The notes beneath the pieces are model-generated. The model was not told the DNA's origin, did not search any database, and worked only from the letters and a program-made list of their open reading frames with translations. From an uncultured Chloroflexia bacterium (GTDB lineage: Bacteria > Chloroflexota > Limnocylindria > Limnocylindrales > CSP1-4), in the NCBI GenBank assembly GCA_963713975.1, contig OY970218.1, positions 2,240,001 through 2,304,000 of the forward strand: a stretch of DNA of 64,000 nucleotides, written 5' to 3'. Within the stretch, counting starts at the first letter, position 1, and each line of letters begins with the position of its first letter. Shown here piece by piece: positions 1 to 9,188 of this stretch. The position numbers were made by a program, and so were the translations under genes.

Positions 1-609
1 ACCCGCCGCCATCACAAGATCGCCCAGGGCCCTCGGCGCAATCGGCACGCGATGATCGTGGTAGGCGACCGTGAACGATCCGCCGCGACGTTCGAGCCGC
101 AGCTCGCCGGCCTCCAGGACGCGTCCGTAGTGGTCGCCGAGGATCGGCAGCAGGACCACGTCGCGCAGGTATGCCTCGGGTGGATCCCAGTCCACGTCGA
201 AGTACTTCGCATAGCGGCTCGCCGGGCCGTTCTCGAGGACGTCCCACCACCAGGGGTTCTCCGGTCCCGAGATCGCGAGGTGGTTGGGCACGATGTCGAT
301 GACCTGGCCGAGATGGTGGCGCTCGAGCGTCCGGCCGAGCTGCCGGTGGTCCAGGTCGTCGCCCAGCTCGGCGTTGATCCGGTGCGGATCGACGACGTCG
401 TACCCGTGCTCGCTGCCGGGCGCCGCCTGGAGCACCGGCGAGCTGTAGAGGTGGCTCACCCCCAGCAGCTCGAGGTAGGGGGCGATCGCCGCCGCGGCGC
501 GGAAGCCGAACGAGGGTCGAAGCTGGACCCGGTAGGTGGCCCTCGGGATGACCCGAGCCGCCTCAACCGCCTGCTCGTCCGGCGCGGGCCCCAGGCCGAA
601 GGCCGTCAC
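1..609 (-). CDS. treY: Malto-oligosyltrehalose synthase (GH13), N-terminal part; runs off the window start
   Basis: Manual minus-strand translation from GTG at 609: VTAFG...PRATYRVQLRPSFGFRAAAAIAPYLELLGVSHLYSSPVLQAAPGSEHGYDVVDP...DIVPNHLA...NPWWWDVLENGPASRYAKYFDVDW, the TreY N-terminus. GTGA overlap with the GntR stop. Missing from the ORF track because it is open-ended. Confidence 0.93.
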   Translation of the reverse strand, partial: MTAFGLGPAPDEQAVEAARVIPRATYRVQLRPSFGFRAAAAIAPYLELLGVSHLYSSPVLQAAPGSEHGYDVVDPHRINAELGDDLDHRQLGRTLERHHLGQVIDIVPNHLAISGPENPWWWDVLENGPASRYAKYFDVDWDPPEAYLRDVVLLPILGDHYGRVLEAGELRLERRGGSFTVAYHDHRVPIAPRALGDLVMAAG

Positions 610-1661
610 CGGCCCACGTCGATGCGCTCGATGGCCCGGCGCAGCAGCTCCAGACCGGCCGGGTCGAACTCGTAGCTCCACTCCCGGATTCGCTCCGGGC
701 GCTCGAACCGTGCCTCCAGCCCGAGCGCGATCGCCTCGCGCGAGAGGAGGATCAAGTCGGCCTCGCGGTCCACCTGGTCGAGCTCCGGCTCCGTGTGGGC
801 GACGGCGGAGACGATCGTGACGCCGGATGCGCCGGCGAGCGCCAGGACCTCGGCGATGTTGTCGACGCCTCGCTGCGAGCCGCACACGACGCCCACGCGC
901 GAGCCGGAAGGCAGCCCGGCGATCTCGTGGACCAGGGACATGTATCCGGGCCCGACGAGCATCGCCACCACCGGCACGCGTCCTGCGACGTACGCCTGCG
1001 CCTCGTCGGCATGGAACGTCGTGGTCGCGACCAGGTCGTAGTGGTAGCGGTCCAGGCGTTCCGGCAGCTCGTCCAGCAGCAGCGGGATCACCTCGACCCG
1101 CTCCGGGAAGGCCTCGCCGATCCGCTCTGCGTCCGCGTTGGCGTCCGCCGTCGTGCACTCCGCGAACAGGATCCGGACATGGGGTCCGGGCCGCTTGCGG
1201 TCCGCCGCGGCGCTGAACGTCGCCTGGGCTACCTCGTCCGGGGTGAACCCGAGCTGGGCTCCCCGACGGATGGTCTCGGCGACGATGCCGGCGAGCGCCT
1301 GGGAGCCGCGCCGGACCGGTGGGCGGTCGACGACGCGCGTACCCGCCCCGTGGCGGCCCACCACGTGACCTGCCTCGGCGAGGCGCCGGTAGACGGCACG
1401 GATCGTGTTGGGGTTGACCCGCAGCGCGGCGCCAAGCTCGCGCACCGGCGGCAGGCGGGTTCCCGGCTGGAGGCGGCCGGACTCGATCTGGTAGGCGAGC
1501 TGCCAGTAGATCTGGGTCGAGATCGGAACGTCGGAGTCACGCTCGATGTCGAGCTCGTGCCCTCCGGCAGGGGATGACGCCGAGGCGGATGGTCCGTCGA
1601 CGGGCCATTCGGCGGGCTGGAGGGGGCCGTTTCGGCTACTTGACACAGTGGAGTAGTCCAA
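606..1661 (-). CDS. GntR-family transcriptional regulator with long C-terminal alpha/beta effector region
   Basis: wHTH motif VPISTQIYWQLAYQIESGRLQPGTRLPPVRELGAALRVNPNTIRAVYRRL; start codon uncertain. Confidence 0.88.
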   Translation of the reverse strand: MDYSTVSSSRNGPLQPAEWPVDGPSASASSPAGGHELDIERDSDVPISTQIYWQLAYQIESGRLQPGTRLPPVRELGAALRVNPNTIRAVYRRLAEAGHVVGRHGAGTRVVDRPPVRRGSQALAGIVAETIRRGAQLGFTPDEVAQATFSAAADRKRPGPHVRILFAECTTADANADAERIGEAFPERVEVIPLLLDELPERLDRYHYDLVATTTFHADEAQAYVAGRVPVVAMLVGPGYMSLVHEIAGLPSGSRVGVVCGSQRGVDNIAEVLALAGASGVTIVSAVAHTEPELDQVDREADLILLSREAIALGLEARFERPERIREWSYEFDPAGLELLRRAIERIDVGR

Positions 1662-1668
1662 ATATCTT
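1640..1668 (+). promoter_or_regulatory. sigma70-type promoter TTGACA-N17-TATCTT for the small ORF at 1726
   Basis: TTGACA 1640-1645, 17-nt spacer, TATCTT 1663-1668. Confidence 0.7.
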
Positions 1669-1672
1669 GTTC

Positions 1673-1694
1673 TTGGCCTAATTGACTATACCAA
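1673..1694. promoter_or_regulatory. Imperfect palindrome, candidate GntR operator
   Basis: TTGGCCTAATTGACTATACCAA in an AT-rich patch between divergent genes; on the minus strand it includes TGGTATAGT (extended -10). Confidence 0.5.
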
Positions 1695-1725
1695 CCAACG
1701 GGCTCCGCCCAGAATCGAGCGCTCC

Positions 1726-1860
1726 ATGGAACTGATCCTTGTCACGGTGGTGATGGTGATCCTGGGCATGCTCGCGGTCACCGCAAACGAGCTTGGCGTG
1801 GACTCGCGGGACATGTCGGACGACCCGCACCGGCCTGACTATCCCGTAACGATCACCTGA
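1726..1860 (+). CDS. 44-aa single-pass small membrane protein
   Basis: MELILVTVVMVILGMLAVTANELGVDSRDMSDDPHRPDYPVTIT; hydrophobic N-half, lies between a consensus promoter and a terminator; below the ORF-track cutoff. Confidence 0.7.
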   Translation: MELILVTVVMVILGMLAVTANELGVDSRDMSDDPHRPDYPVTIT

Positions 1861-1919
1861 TCCGCAACCTCACGCGCAACGGGCGCCGTACCTCCCCTCC
1901 ATTCCGGCGCCCATTCCTC

Positions 1920-1954
1920 CGGCCCCCGGCTCACGCCGGGGGCCGTTGGTGTCT
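1920..1954 (+). terminator. Intrinsic terminator-like hairpin
   Basis: CGGCCCCCGGC-TCAC-GCCGGGGGCCG followed by TTGGTGTCT, between convergent genes. Confidence 0.7.
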
Positions 1955-2000
1955 ATGGGCACTGGAGCGGCAGCGGGACTCAGCGCGCCTCCGGCGCGCC

Positions 2001-4178
2001 TCAGCGCGCCGCCGCCTCCTCCGCGGCGTGATCCCTGGTCACCGTCACCGCATGGCGCAGCGAGAAGCGGCGCGACTCACCCGGGGCGATCGTGACCGGC
2101 CACGACACGAGGAGCGCGCTGCCCTGGTACACACGCTCGAACCCCGACTCCGAGTTGGAGATCGTCTCGATGGGACTCCACCAGGCGTCTGCCGCAGGCG
2201 TCGCGTTGGCGGCCACCTGGATCCCGACCCAGTCGTTGCCGAACCCGAAGCCGGCTGCCATCGGGGCCTGGCCTGACCCGTCGTGGGCTGAACGGCTGCC
2301 GGCCACGTCGTACCAGGCCGCCGGGTTGCCGCCGCCTCCGAGGAGGTGGAGGGACAGCTCCAGGCCCAGGCGCGTCTCCACGGGCTCGCTGCCCCGGTGC
2401 TCGATCACCAGCTCCATGCCCAGCTCCGGGTCCAGCCTGCCGCCGCCCAGCCGCGTGGTCCGCGTCACCGTGATGGGCTGACCCGCCACCATGCCCTCCC
2501 GCGTCAGCGTGATCGCCCCAGCCTCGCGGACCCGGACCGTGAACTCGCCGTCGCGGAAGTCGCCCAGCTCGGTGTCGGTCGCCGTGGCAAGCTCGTCGGG
2601 CGTCGTCAGCGGGGGCAGGAAGCGGACCAGTCCCGTGCGTCGCTCGTGATCGTCGTAGAACAGCCGTCCGGCAAGACCGGGCTCTCGGGCCGTGGCGATG
2701 TCGTGGATGGAGGCGATGCCACCGTGGGGGACGCCCGCGGCCCGATCCGCGCCCGCGGCCGCATCCGCGCCCGCGGCCGCATCCGCGCCCGCGCGCAGGG
2801 TCTCGTGGTAGGCCTCCGGGCGCCGTCGCATCACTGCCGCCAGCGCGTGGCGGGCAGCACGGATGTCCCAGCTGCCGATCGCGCCGCCCTCGGTCGGCTT
2901 GACCGTCACGATCTGTCCGCGCTCCTCCAGGATCGCCTCGGGCCGGCCGTCCATGTCAAGGTCCCGCATGTCGGCCACGCTCGGCCACCCGCGGAGCCCG
3001 TCCGCCGCGTCCTCGGCCGCTACCAGGTGCTCGTAGGTCGCGAGCCGCAAGTGGGAGATGTAGATCCCCCCGAACAGGCCGTGCCAGTAGCAGTCATTCG
3101 ACTGGCCGCGGTGCAGGTGGTCCTGGGCACGGGTCCGCTCCGGACCGTCCGACATCGCCGCGACCTTCCCGGAGGCTCGCAGCATCTGCTTGTGGAGGTC
3201 ATTGACCTCGCGGTACCTGACCTGGAAGTTGCGCCAGAACCCACCCCTCAGCCAGCGCGCCTGGGGCTCCTGCCTGGCCCGGGCATCCTGGATCACGTCG
3301 TGGAACACGACGGCCTCGGCCGGGGGCAGCGCCCACTCGCCCATCTCGGCGTACGAGGACGTGGGGAGATACACCCGCCCGATCGGCGCCTCCCGGTCCA
3401 GCCATTGCGACGGGGTCACGGTGGACAGCCAGGCAGCATTCTCGTCGAGCGCCTCGAAGAAGCGATCAACCCACCGGGCGTCGCCCCAGCAGTGCTCGTG
3501 TGTGGTCGGCCAGGCGCCGAACTTCTCGCCGTCGTCGCCCATCGTGCCCACCCGGCGGCCGTCCTCGGTCGCGTGCTCGCGCAGGTAGGCGATCACGTCC
3601 TCCACGGCGCCAAACGGGATTCGGTACCGCAGGCCCTGCTCGGTGCCGAAGACGGTGAGCAGGTGGCCCTGGTTCTCGGTGGTGTAGGCGCCCCAGAGGT
3701 TCGCCTCAGGGATCGAGGCCGCCCGGAAGTGCTGGTCATCCAGGACGGTCCACCGATACCCCGCCTGTACGAGCGCCGTGGGCAGGTCCGGCTCCCAGAC
3801 CCGCTCGGCAAGCCAAGCACCCTGGGGCCGTTGGCCCGTGATCCGCTCGAGCGTCGTCGCCATGCGCGTGAGCTGGTCCAGGCGATCCCGATCGGGAAGG
3901 GAGGCCAGTACGGGCTCGTACAGCCCGCCGCCGAGGAGCTCCACCTGTCCGCGGGCTGCCAGCGTGGCGAGCCGGGCAAGGAACTCGGGTCGCTCTGCAC
4001 CCAGCCACTCGAGGAGTGGTCCCGTGTAGTGGAGCGCCAGCCGGACGCCAGGGTGGCGCTCGAGCGCCTCGAGCATCGGGAGGTAGGCGCGATCGTAGAC
4101 GTCGGCGAACACCCAGCCGAAGTTGCCCACGGGCTGGTGGTTGTGGATGACAAGGGCCAGCGAGATGCGGGGTGCCAC
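2001..4178 (-). CDS. GH57 alpha-amylase / 4-alpha-glucanotransferase
   Basis: HNHQPVGNF, LHYTGPLLEW, WLAERVWEP, GDDGEKFG, QSNDCYWHGLFGGIY and SESGFERVYQGS motifs. Confidence 0.93.
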   Translation of the reverse strand: MAPRISLALVIHNHQPVGNFGWVFADVYDRAYLPMLEALERHPGVRLALHYTGPLLEWLGAERPEFLARLATLAARGQVELLGGGLYEPVLASLPDRDRLDQLTRMATTLERITGQRPQGAWLAERVWEPDLPTALVQAGYRWTVLDDQHFRAASIPEANLWGAYTTENQGHLLTVFGTEQGLRYRIPFGAVEDVIAYLREHATEDGRRVGTMGDDGEKFGAWPTTHEHCWGDARWVDRFFEALDENAAWLSTVTPSQWLDREAPIGRVYLPTSSYAEMGEWALPPAEAVVFHDVIQDARARQEPQARWLRGGFWRNFQVRYREVNDLHKQMLRASGKVAAMSDGPERTRAQDHLHRGQSNDCYWHGLFGGIYISHLRLATYEHLVAAEDAADGLRGWPSVADMRDLDMDGRPEAILEERGQIVTVKPTEGGAIGSWDIRAARHALAAVMRRRPEAYHETLRAGADAAAGADAAAGADRAAGVPHGGIASIHDIATAREPGLAGRLFYDDHERRTGLVRFLPPLTTPDELATATDTELGDFRDGEFTVRVREAGAITLTREGMVAGQPITVTRTTRLGGGRLDPELGMELVIEHRGSEPVETRLGLELSLHLLGGGGNPAAWYDVAGSRSAHDGSGQAPMAAGFGFGNDWVGIQVAANATPAADAWWSPIETISNSESGFERVYQGSALLVSWPVTIAPGESRRFSLRHAVTVTRDHAAEEAAAR

Positions 4179-4232
4179 GATCCGGTCCTCAGGGTGGGGG
4201 GCGGGCGCCGGTTGACTGGCGGGTCCTGGAAC

Positions 4233-6419
4233 CTACTCCGTGCTGGCCTGCGGCGCAGGAGCGCCCACGCCGGCGGCCGGGAGATACAGCTCCTCCACGT
4301 ACTGGTGGAGCATCCGGGTGGTGGAGAAGCGCCAGATGATGCTCGCGATCGAGCTGCGCATGAGCTCCGCCCAGCGGGCCGGGAGTCCGTCCACATCGCG
4401 CTCGTAGTAGGCGGGAACGAGCTCCTGCTCAAGGATGCGGTACAGGTCCTGGGCATCGGACCAGTCCTGGGCACCTTCGTCCGGGTTCGTCTCGCGCCCG
4501 CCGATCGCCCAGCCGTTGTCCCCGGTGAAGCCCTCGTCCCACCAGCCGTCGAGGACGCTCACGTTGAGGACGCCGTTGACCCCGGCCTTCATGCCGGACG
4601 TGCCGGACGCCTCCAGGGGGCGTCGAGGGTTGTTGAGCCAGACATCCACGCCCTGCACGAGGAACCGCGCGATCCGGATGTCGTAGTCCTCGAGGATGAA
4701 CACCCGCCCCCGGAGCTTGGGGCTGCGTGACCGGCCGAAGATGTCCTGGATCACGCCCTGGCCCGGGCGATCCGCGGGGTGCGCCTTGCCGGCGAAGATG
4801 ACCTGGACGGGCCGGTCGGCGTCCCACAGGATCCGGGCGAGCCGGTCGAGGTCGCTGAACAGCAGGGTTGCGCGCTTGTAGGTCGCAAAGCGGCGCGCGA
4901 AGCCGATGGTCAGGATGCCCGGATCCAGGACCTCCTCGAGCTCCTCCAGGGTGGACGGTGCCTCGCCGTGCCGGGCGAACTGGCTGCGCAGGCGTCCTCG
5001 CGCGAAGATCGCGAGCTCCAGCTTCTGGCGCTGGTGCGCCTCCCACAGCTCGGCGGTGGGGAGCTGGGCCGTGCGCTCCCAGAAGCGGCGTTCGACGGGC
5101 TCGTCGTCCATGGTGTCGAGCGTCGCGTTCGCGTAGCGCTCCAGGGTGTCTCGCATCGGCTGGCCGACCCAGGTGGGCACGTGGACGCCGTTCGTGATCC
5201 CCAGGATCTCCTGGGGGGTGACGTCGTGCCAGATCTTGTTGGACACCTCGCCGTGGAGGTGGGACACCGCGTTGGCACCGTGGGTGAGGCGAAGCGAGAA
5301 CGCCGTCATGTCGAACTGCCCTGGATCACCCTCGACTCCGAGCCCGAGCGCAAGCAGCCGGTCGATGGGAACGCCCCCGGTGCCGGGTCGCCCGTCACCG
5401 CCGAACAGCGGGCTTGTGACTCGTCGCACGAGCTCCGTGTCGAACCGCTCGTTGCCGGCCGCCACCGGCGTGTGGACCGAGAACACGCTGTTGCGGCGGA
5501 CTCGCGACCAGGCGTCGTCGAGGGTCGCCCCTTCGGCCACGAGCTCCCGGGCCCGCTCGGCCAGCAGGAACGCCGAGTGCCCCTCGTTGAGATGCCAGAC
5601 CGCCGGATCCAGGCCGAGCTCACGCAGCGCACGCACGCCGCCGACGCCCAGCACCAGCTCCTGGTGGAGCCGCATCTCCCGGCCGCGCACGTACAGGATG
5701 TGCGTGATGTGCCGGTCCGAGTCGTCGTTGTCGGGAAGGTCCGTGTCCAGCAGGAGCACCGGCACCCGGCCCACCTGGGCCAGCCAGACGGCCGCGAACA
5801 GGTCCCGGCCGGGCAGCTGGATGCTCACCGTCAGCGGTTGACCCAGCTCGTCCAGGACCCGCAGGATCGGCAGCCGGCCCAGCTCGTAGTCGGGGTAGGC
5901 ATGCTCCTGGTGGCCGTCGGCGTCGATCGTCTGGCGGAAGAAGCCGCGGCGGTACATGAGGCCGACGCCCACCAGCGGGAGCGCCATGTCCGAGGCGGTC
6001 TTCATGTGGTCCCCGGCAAGCACGCCGAGACCCCCGGAGTAGATGCCCAGCGACTCGTGGAACCCGTATTCCGCGCAGAAGTATGCGATCGGCCCGTCCA
6101 GCTTCGTGCCGTGATGGCGCTGGAACCACTGGTCTGCGCCGTTGGCCATGTAGGCGTCGAAGTCGCGGAGGATGTCCTCGTACTCGGCCATGAACGCGGT
6201 GTTGTCCAGCAGCTGGGACCACGCGACCGGTCCGCTCAGGACGGGGATCGGGTTGCGATAGCGGGCCCACGCCCCCGCGTCAACGCGCGAGAACATGTTG
6301 CGGGCCCGGGGATGCCAGCTCCACCACATGTTGTAGGCGAGGCGTCGCAGGCCCTCGAGCTTCGGCGGCAGGGCGAACGGTGCGCCGGGCGCGGTCGGGA
6401 TGCGGAAATGGGGTTCCAT
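4233..6419 (-). CDS. glgP: Alpha-glucan (glycogen) phosphorylase
   Basis: LAYNMWWSW, YSGGLGVLAGD, GFARRFATYKRA and EASGTSGMK (PLP lysine). Start placed at MEPHF (6419); the 277-aa upstream extension in the track overlaps other genes. Confidence 0.95.
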   Translation of the reverse strand: MEPHFRIPTAPGAPFALPPKLEGLRRLAYNMWWSWHPRARNMFSRVDAGAWARYRNPIPVLSGPVAWSQLLDNTAFMAEYEDILRDFDAYMANGADQWFQRHHGTKLDGPIAYFCAEYGFHESLGIYSGGLGVLAGDHMKTASDMALPLVGVGLMYRRGFFRQTIDADGHQEHAYPDYELGRLPILRVLDELGQPLTVSIQLPGRDLFAAVWLAQVGRVPVLLLDTDLPDNDDSDRHITHILYVRGREMRLHQELVLGVGGVRALRELGLDPAVWHLNEGHSAFLLAERARELVAEGATLDDAWSRVRRNSVFSVHTPVAAGNERFDTELVRRVTSPLFGGDGRPGTGGVPIDRLLALGLGVEGDPGQFDMTAFSLRLTHGANAVSHLHGEVSNKIWHDVTPQEILGITNGVHVPTWVGQPMRDTLERYANATLDTMDDEPVERRFWERTAQLPTAELWEAHQRQKLELAIFARGRLRSQFARHGEAPSTLEELEEVLDPGILTIGFARRFATYKRATLLFSDLDRLARILWDADRPVQVIFAGKAHPADRPGQGVIQDIFGRSRSPKLRGRVFILEDYDIRIARFLVQGVDVWLNNPRRPLEASGTSGMKAGVNGVLNVSVLDGWWDEGFTGDNGWAIGGRETNPDEGAQDWSDAQDLYRILEQELVPAYYERDVDGLPARWAELMRSSIASIIWRFSTTRMLHQYVEELYLPAAGVGAPAPQASTE

Positions 6420-6578
6420 GAGTGGGAGATCATACGGGGCATCCCCCGGGCTCGCGAACCCGCCCGGTCTATGTGGCAGGCCTTGGACGACGGCGGCCCG
6501 GAGCATCCGTGCGACGGGCGTGCGAGAATCAGCCCCTCGTCCCGTCCCATCCGCGGCAGTCGCCGCCCGGAGGCCCCG

Positions 6579-6965
6579 ATGCCCAGGCAGTTCGTCGTCC
6601 AGGTCACAAACCAGCCCGGCCAGATGGCCAGTCTCGCAGAGCAGATGGCCGCGGCCAACGTGGACCTGCGGGCGATCGGCGGTGGCGGCCTCGGCGAGGT
6701 GGGCCACTTCATCATGACCACGGCCGACGACGATGCGGCCCGCAAGGTCCTCGAGGATGGTGGCTGGATGTTTCTGGAGGGGGAGTCGCTGCTGGCCGAG
6801 GTGGACGACCGCCCGGGCGGGATGGCCCGCATCGCGCGCGAGCTCGCCGACGCGGATGTGAACGTCCTGGGCCACCTGTTCATCGGTCGCTGGAGCGATC
6901 GCGCGACCTTCGCGTTCGTCGTGGACGACCCGGACAAGGCGCGCCCGATCCTGGAACGCCGCTAG
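6579..6965 (+). CDS. Tandem ACT-domain protein
   Basis: MPRQFVVQVTNQPGQMASLAEQMAAANVDL and EVDDRPGGMARIARELADADVNV; GGAGG RBS. Confidence 0.85.
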   Translation: MPRQFVVQVTNQPGQMASLAEQMAAANVDLRAIGGGGLGEVGHFIMTTADDDAARKVLEDGGWMFLEGESLLAEVDDRPGGMARIARELADADVNVLGHLFIGRWSDRATFAFVVDDPDKARPILERR

Positions 6966-7002
6966 GAGTCCGGCGGGCGCAACCCGTCCAGGAGGCGTCG
7001 CG

Positions 7003-7893
7003 ATGAAGGTCGGGATCATCGTTCCCCAGGGCTGGACGGGCGAGTACGACGGCTGGGACGCGGCCCGAGCGTGGGCGCGCAGCGTCGCCATCGCCCATGA
7101 CGCGGAGATCCTGGGCTTCGACTCCCTGTGGATGTTCGACCACGTGCAGACGGAGCCCGTCCCCGTCGACGAGATCACCTTCGAGTCGTTCGTCGGCCTC
7201 AGTGCGCTTGCGGCAGAGACGGCCCGGGTGCGTCTCGGCCACCTGGTCATGTGTGCCGGCTACCGGAACCCGGCGCTTGTCGCCAAGATGATCTCGACCC
7301 TGGACGTGGTGTCGGGTGGGCGCGCGGAGCTCGGCCTGGGCGCGGGCTGGAAGGAGGACGAGTTCGTCGCCTACGGCTTCGGCTTCCCGCCGCTGCGGAC
7401 CCGGATGGAGAACCTCGAGGACACGCTCGAGATCGCGACCCGGATGCTTGGTGGGCAGCGCGCCACGTACGAGGGCCCGACCGCGCGCGTCCGCGACGCG
7501 ATCAACGTCCCGCGTGGCCTCCAGGAGCCGCGGATCCCGATCATGGTCGGCGGCAACGGGCCCAACCGGACCTGGCGCCTGGCCGCGCGCCACGCGGACG
7601 AGCTCAACCTCGACTGGTTCTCGCCGGAGGAGGTCATGGAGGCGCGGCCGGTCATCGACTCGCGTTGCGTGGAGATCGGCCGGGACCCGGCGACGCTCCG
7701 GCTCTCGGTCAACATCGGGCGGGACGACAGCGCTGTCGAAGGCGCTGCCCGCGTCGACCTGCTCAGGGGGTACGCCGACGCGGGCGTGGACCGGGTCATG
7801 ACGCTGCTCTCGGCGTCGGCGGACGATGACGGGGCACTGGAGCGGTTCGCCGAGGACTGCGTGGCGGCCGGCTGCGAGCTCGCGGGGGCCTGA
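7003..7893 (+). CDS. LLM-class (likely F420-dependent) oxidoreductase
   Basis: GFDSLWMFDH, RLGHLVMCAGYRNPALVAKMISTLDVVSGGRAELGLGAGW, PIMVGGNG; AGGAGG RBS. Confidence 0.9.
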   Translation: MKVGIIVPQGWTGEYDGWDAARAWARSVAIAHDAEILGFDSLWMFDHVQTEPVPVDEITFESFVGLSALAAETARVRLGHLVMCAGYRNPALVAKMISTLDVVSGGRAELGLGAGWKEDEFVAYGFGFPPLRTRMENLEDTLEIATRMLGGQRATYEGPTARVRDAINVPRGLQEPRIPIMVGGNGPNRTWRLAARHADELNLDWFSPEEVMEARPVIDSRCVEIGRDPATLRLSVNIGRDDSAVEGAARVDLLRGYADAGVDRVMTLLSASADDDGALERFAEDCVAAGCELAGA

Positions 7894-7984
7894 GCCCGGC
7901 CGCGGTCGGCGCCCGGCAGCCCGGCCTCCGCGTACCGCACTGGCGGGCGCCCCCCGCATCCAGGTCCCCCGCACCCGCGTCCTG

Positions 7985-8147
7985 AGGACTGCCAGTCCTC
8001 TTTGCCCCGACTCGCGACGGCGCTCCGGGATTGGTAGTCCGGTTTCACGCCCCTACCGGCCTCGACGCACCCTGTTTCGGGCCGCCTTATGCGACTCCCA
8101 GTCCGTTCCCGGCGTCTCGCAACCGGTTTCCCGGGCCTGGCAGTCCT
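7985..8147. repeat. REP/MITE-like intergenic element: two 53-bp units, each bounded by a 12-bp inverted motif
   Basis: GACTGCCAGTCC (7987+), GGATTGGTAGTC (8028-), GACTCCCAGTCC (8093+), GGCCTGGCAGTC (8134-); outer perfect IR AGGACTGCCAG/CTGGCAGTCCT. Confidence 0.6.
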
Positions 8148-8199
8148 GCGAGGTCGCGATCGCGCCCCCCGCGACGTTGCGCCAGGGACGCCGGGTCCC

Positions 8200-8237
8200 T
8201 TGACATTCCACGATAGTACGTAATATATTACCTATCG
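8200..8237 (+). promoter_or_regulatory. Promoter with overlapping palindromic MarR-type operator
   Basis: TTGACA at 8200; perfect palindrome GTAATATATTAC 8220-8231 over the -10 region, flanked by CGATAG/CTATCG. Confidence 0.65.
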
Positions 8238-8251
8238 CGATAGACGACCTG

Positions 8252-8770
8252 ATGGACGACCCGATGGACGACGAACACCTCCAGGCTGCGTCGGACGCCT
8301 TCGGTGGCGTCTTCGTGGTCGTTGGCCACCTGACCCGGCTCACCGACGAGCGGCTGGCGGACTGGGGGCTGACCACCCGCCAGTGGCTGCTGCTGGCCGT
8401 GCTGACGCGGGGCTTCCCGGGCCGGGCGCCGTCCCTCACCCAGGCCGCGGCGGCGTACGGAAGCTCCAGGCAGAACGTGAAGCAGATCGCGATCGGGCTC
8501 GAGCGGCGCGGCTTCCTGCGCATGGTCCCCGACGCGCACGACGGACGGACCACGCGGCTCGCCGTGACCGGCAAGGTCGGCATCTTCGACGATCCGGACG
8601 GGCGTGCCCGCTCCCTGGACCTGCTCGCGACGGCGTTCGATGGCCTGACCCGCCACGAGGTGATCGCGCTGCAGGGTCTAGTCGGCCGCTGGCTGGCAGC
8701 CCTCACCGGTGCGACCGCCACCCGCACCGCCGACACGAATACGCGTCCCGGAAAGGCAGCTCACGCATGA
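8252..8770 (+). CDS. MarR-family transcriptional regulator
   Basis: GLTTRQWLLLAVL...SRQNVKQIAIGLERRGFLRMVPDAHDGRTTRLAVT. Confidence 0.88.
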   Translation: MDDPMDDEHLQAASDAFGGVFVVVGHLTRLTDERLADWGLTTRQWLLLAVLTRGFPGRAPSLTQAAAAYGSSRQNVKQIAIGLERRGFLRMVPDAHDGRTTRLAVTGKVGIFDDPDGRARSLDLLATAFDGLTRHEVIALQGLVGRWLAALTGATATRTADTNTRPGKAAHA

Positions 8771-9159
8771 TTCGGAGGCTCGGTGCCGTCATCCTGGCGG
8801 CCCACGGACTCATCCACCTGATCGGCTTCGTGGTCCCGTGGGGGCTCACGCAGGTCGACGGGTTCCCGTACCGCACCACCGCACTCGGCGGCGCAGTGAC
8901 CCTGGGCGAGCCCGGGGTTCGGCTGGTTGGCGTGCTCTGGCTGGCGCTCGCGATCGGGTTCGTCGTCGCCGGCATCGGCGCCTGGCGGGGTGATCCGTGG
9001 TGGGTGCCCCTCACGGCCGGGCTTGCCCTCGTCTCGATCGTGGTCTGCGCGTTGGGTCTCCCGGAGGCGGCCTTGGGCATGATGGTGAACGTGGGCATCC
9101 TCGCCGTGGTTGCCTGGGCCGCGATGGTCCGCCGGGACACGTCCCCGGCGCTCGGTTGA
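8767..9159 (+). CDS. Small 4-TM membrane protein
   Basis: ATGA overlap with marR; MIRRLGAVILAAHGLIHLIGF and further hydrophobic segments. Confidence 0.8.
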   Translation: MIRRLGAVILAAHGLIHLIGFVVPWGLTQVDGFPYRTTALGGAVTLGEPGVRLVGVLWLALAIGFVVAGIGAWRGDPWWVPLTAGLALVSIVVCALGLPEAALGMMVNVGILAVVAWAAMVRRDTSPALG

Positions 9160-9188
9160 GCGGCATCACGGACGACGGAGGCAACGCG

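Noticed and set aside
2746-2793. 18-nt tandem repeat in the GH57 gene (AGADAA x2-3)
   Set aside because: In-frame low-complexity loop expansion with no spacers; not CRISPR.
2346-6578. Long plus-strand ORFs (794 aa, 728 aa) and the 277-aa N-terminal extension of glgP
   Set aside because: Antisense shadows of GH57/glgP typical of high-GC DNA; only 6579-6965 of the 728-aa ORF looks like a real (ACT) protein.
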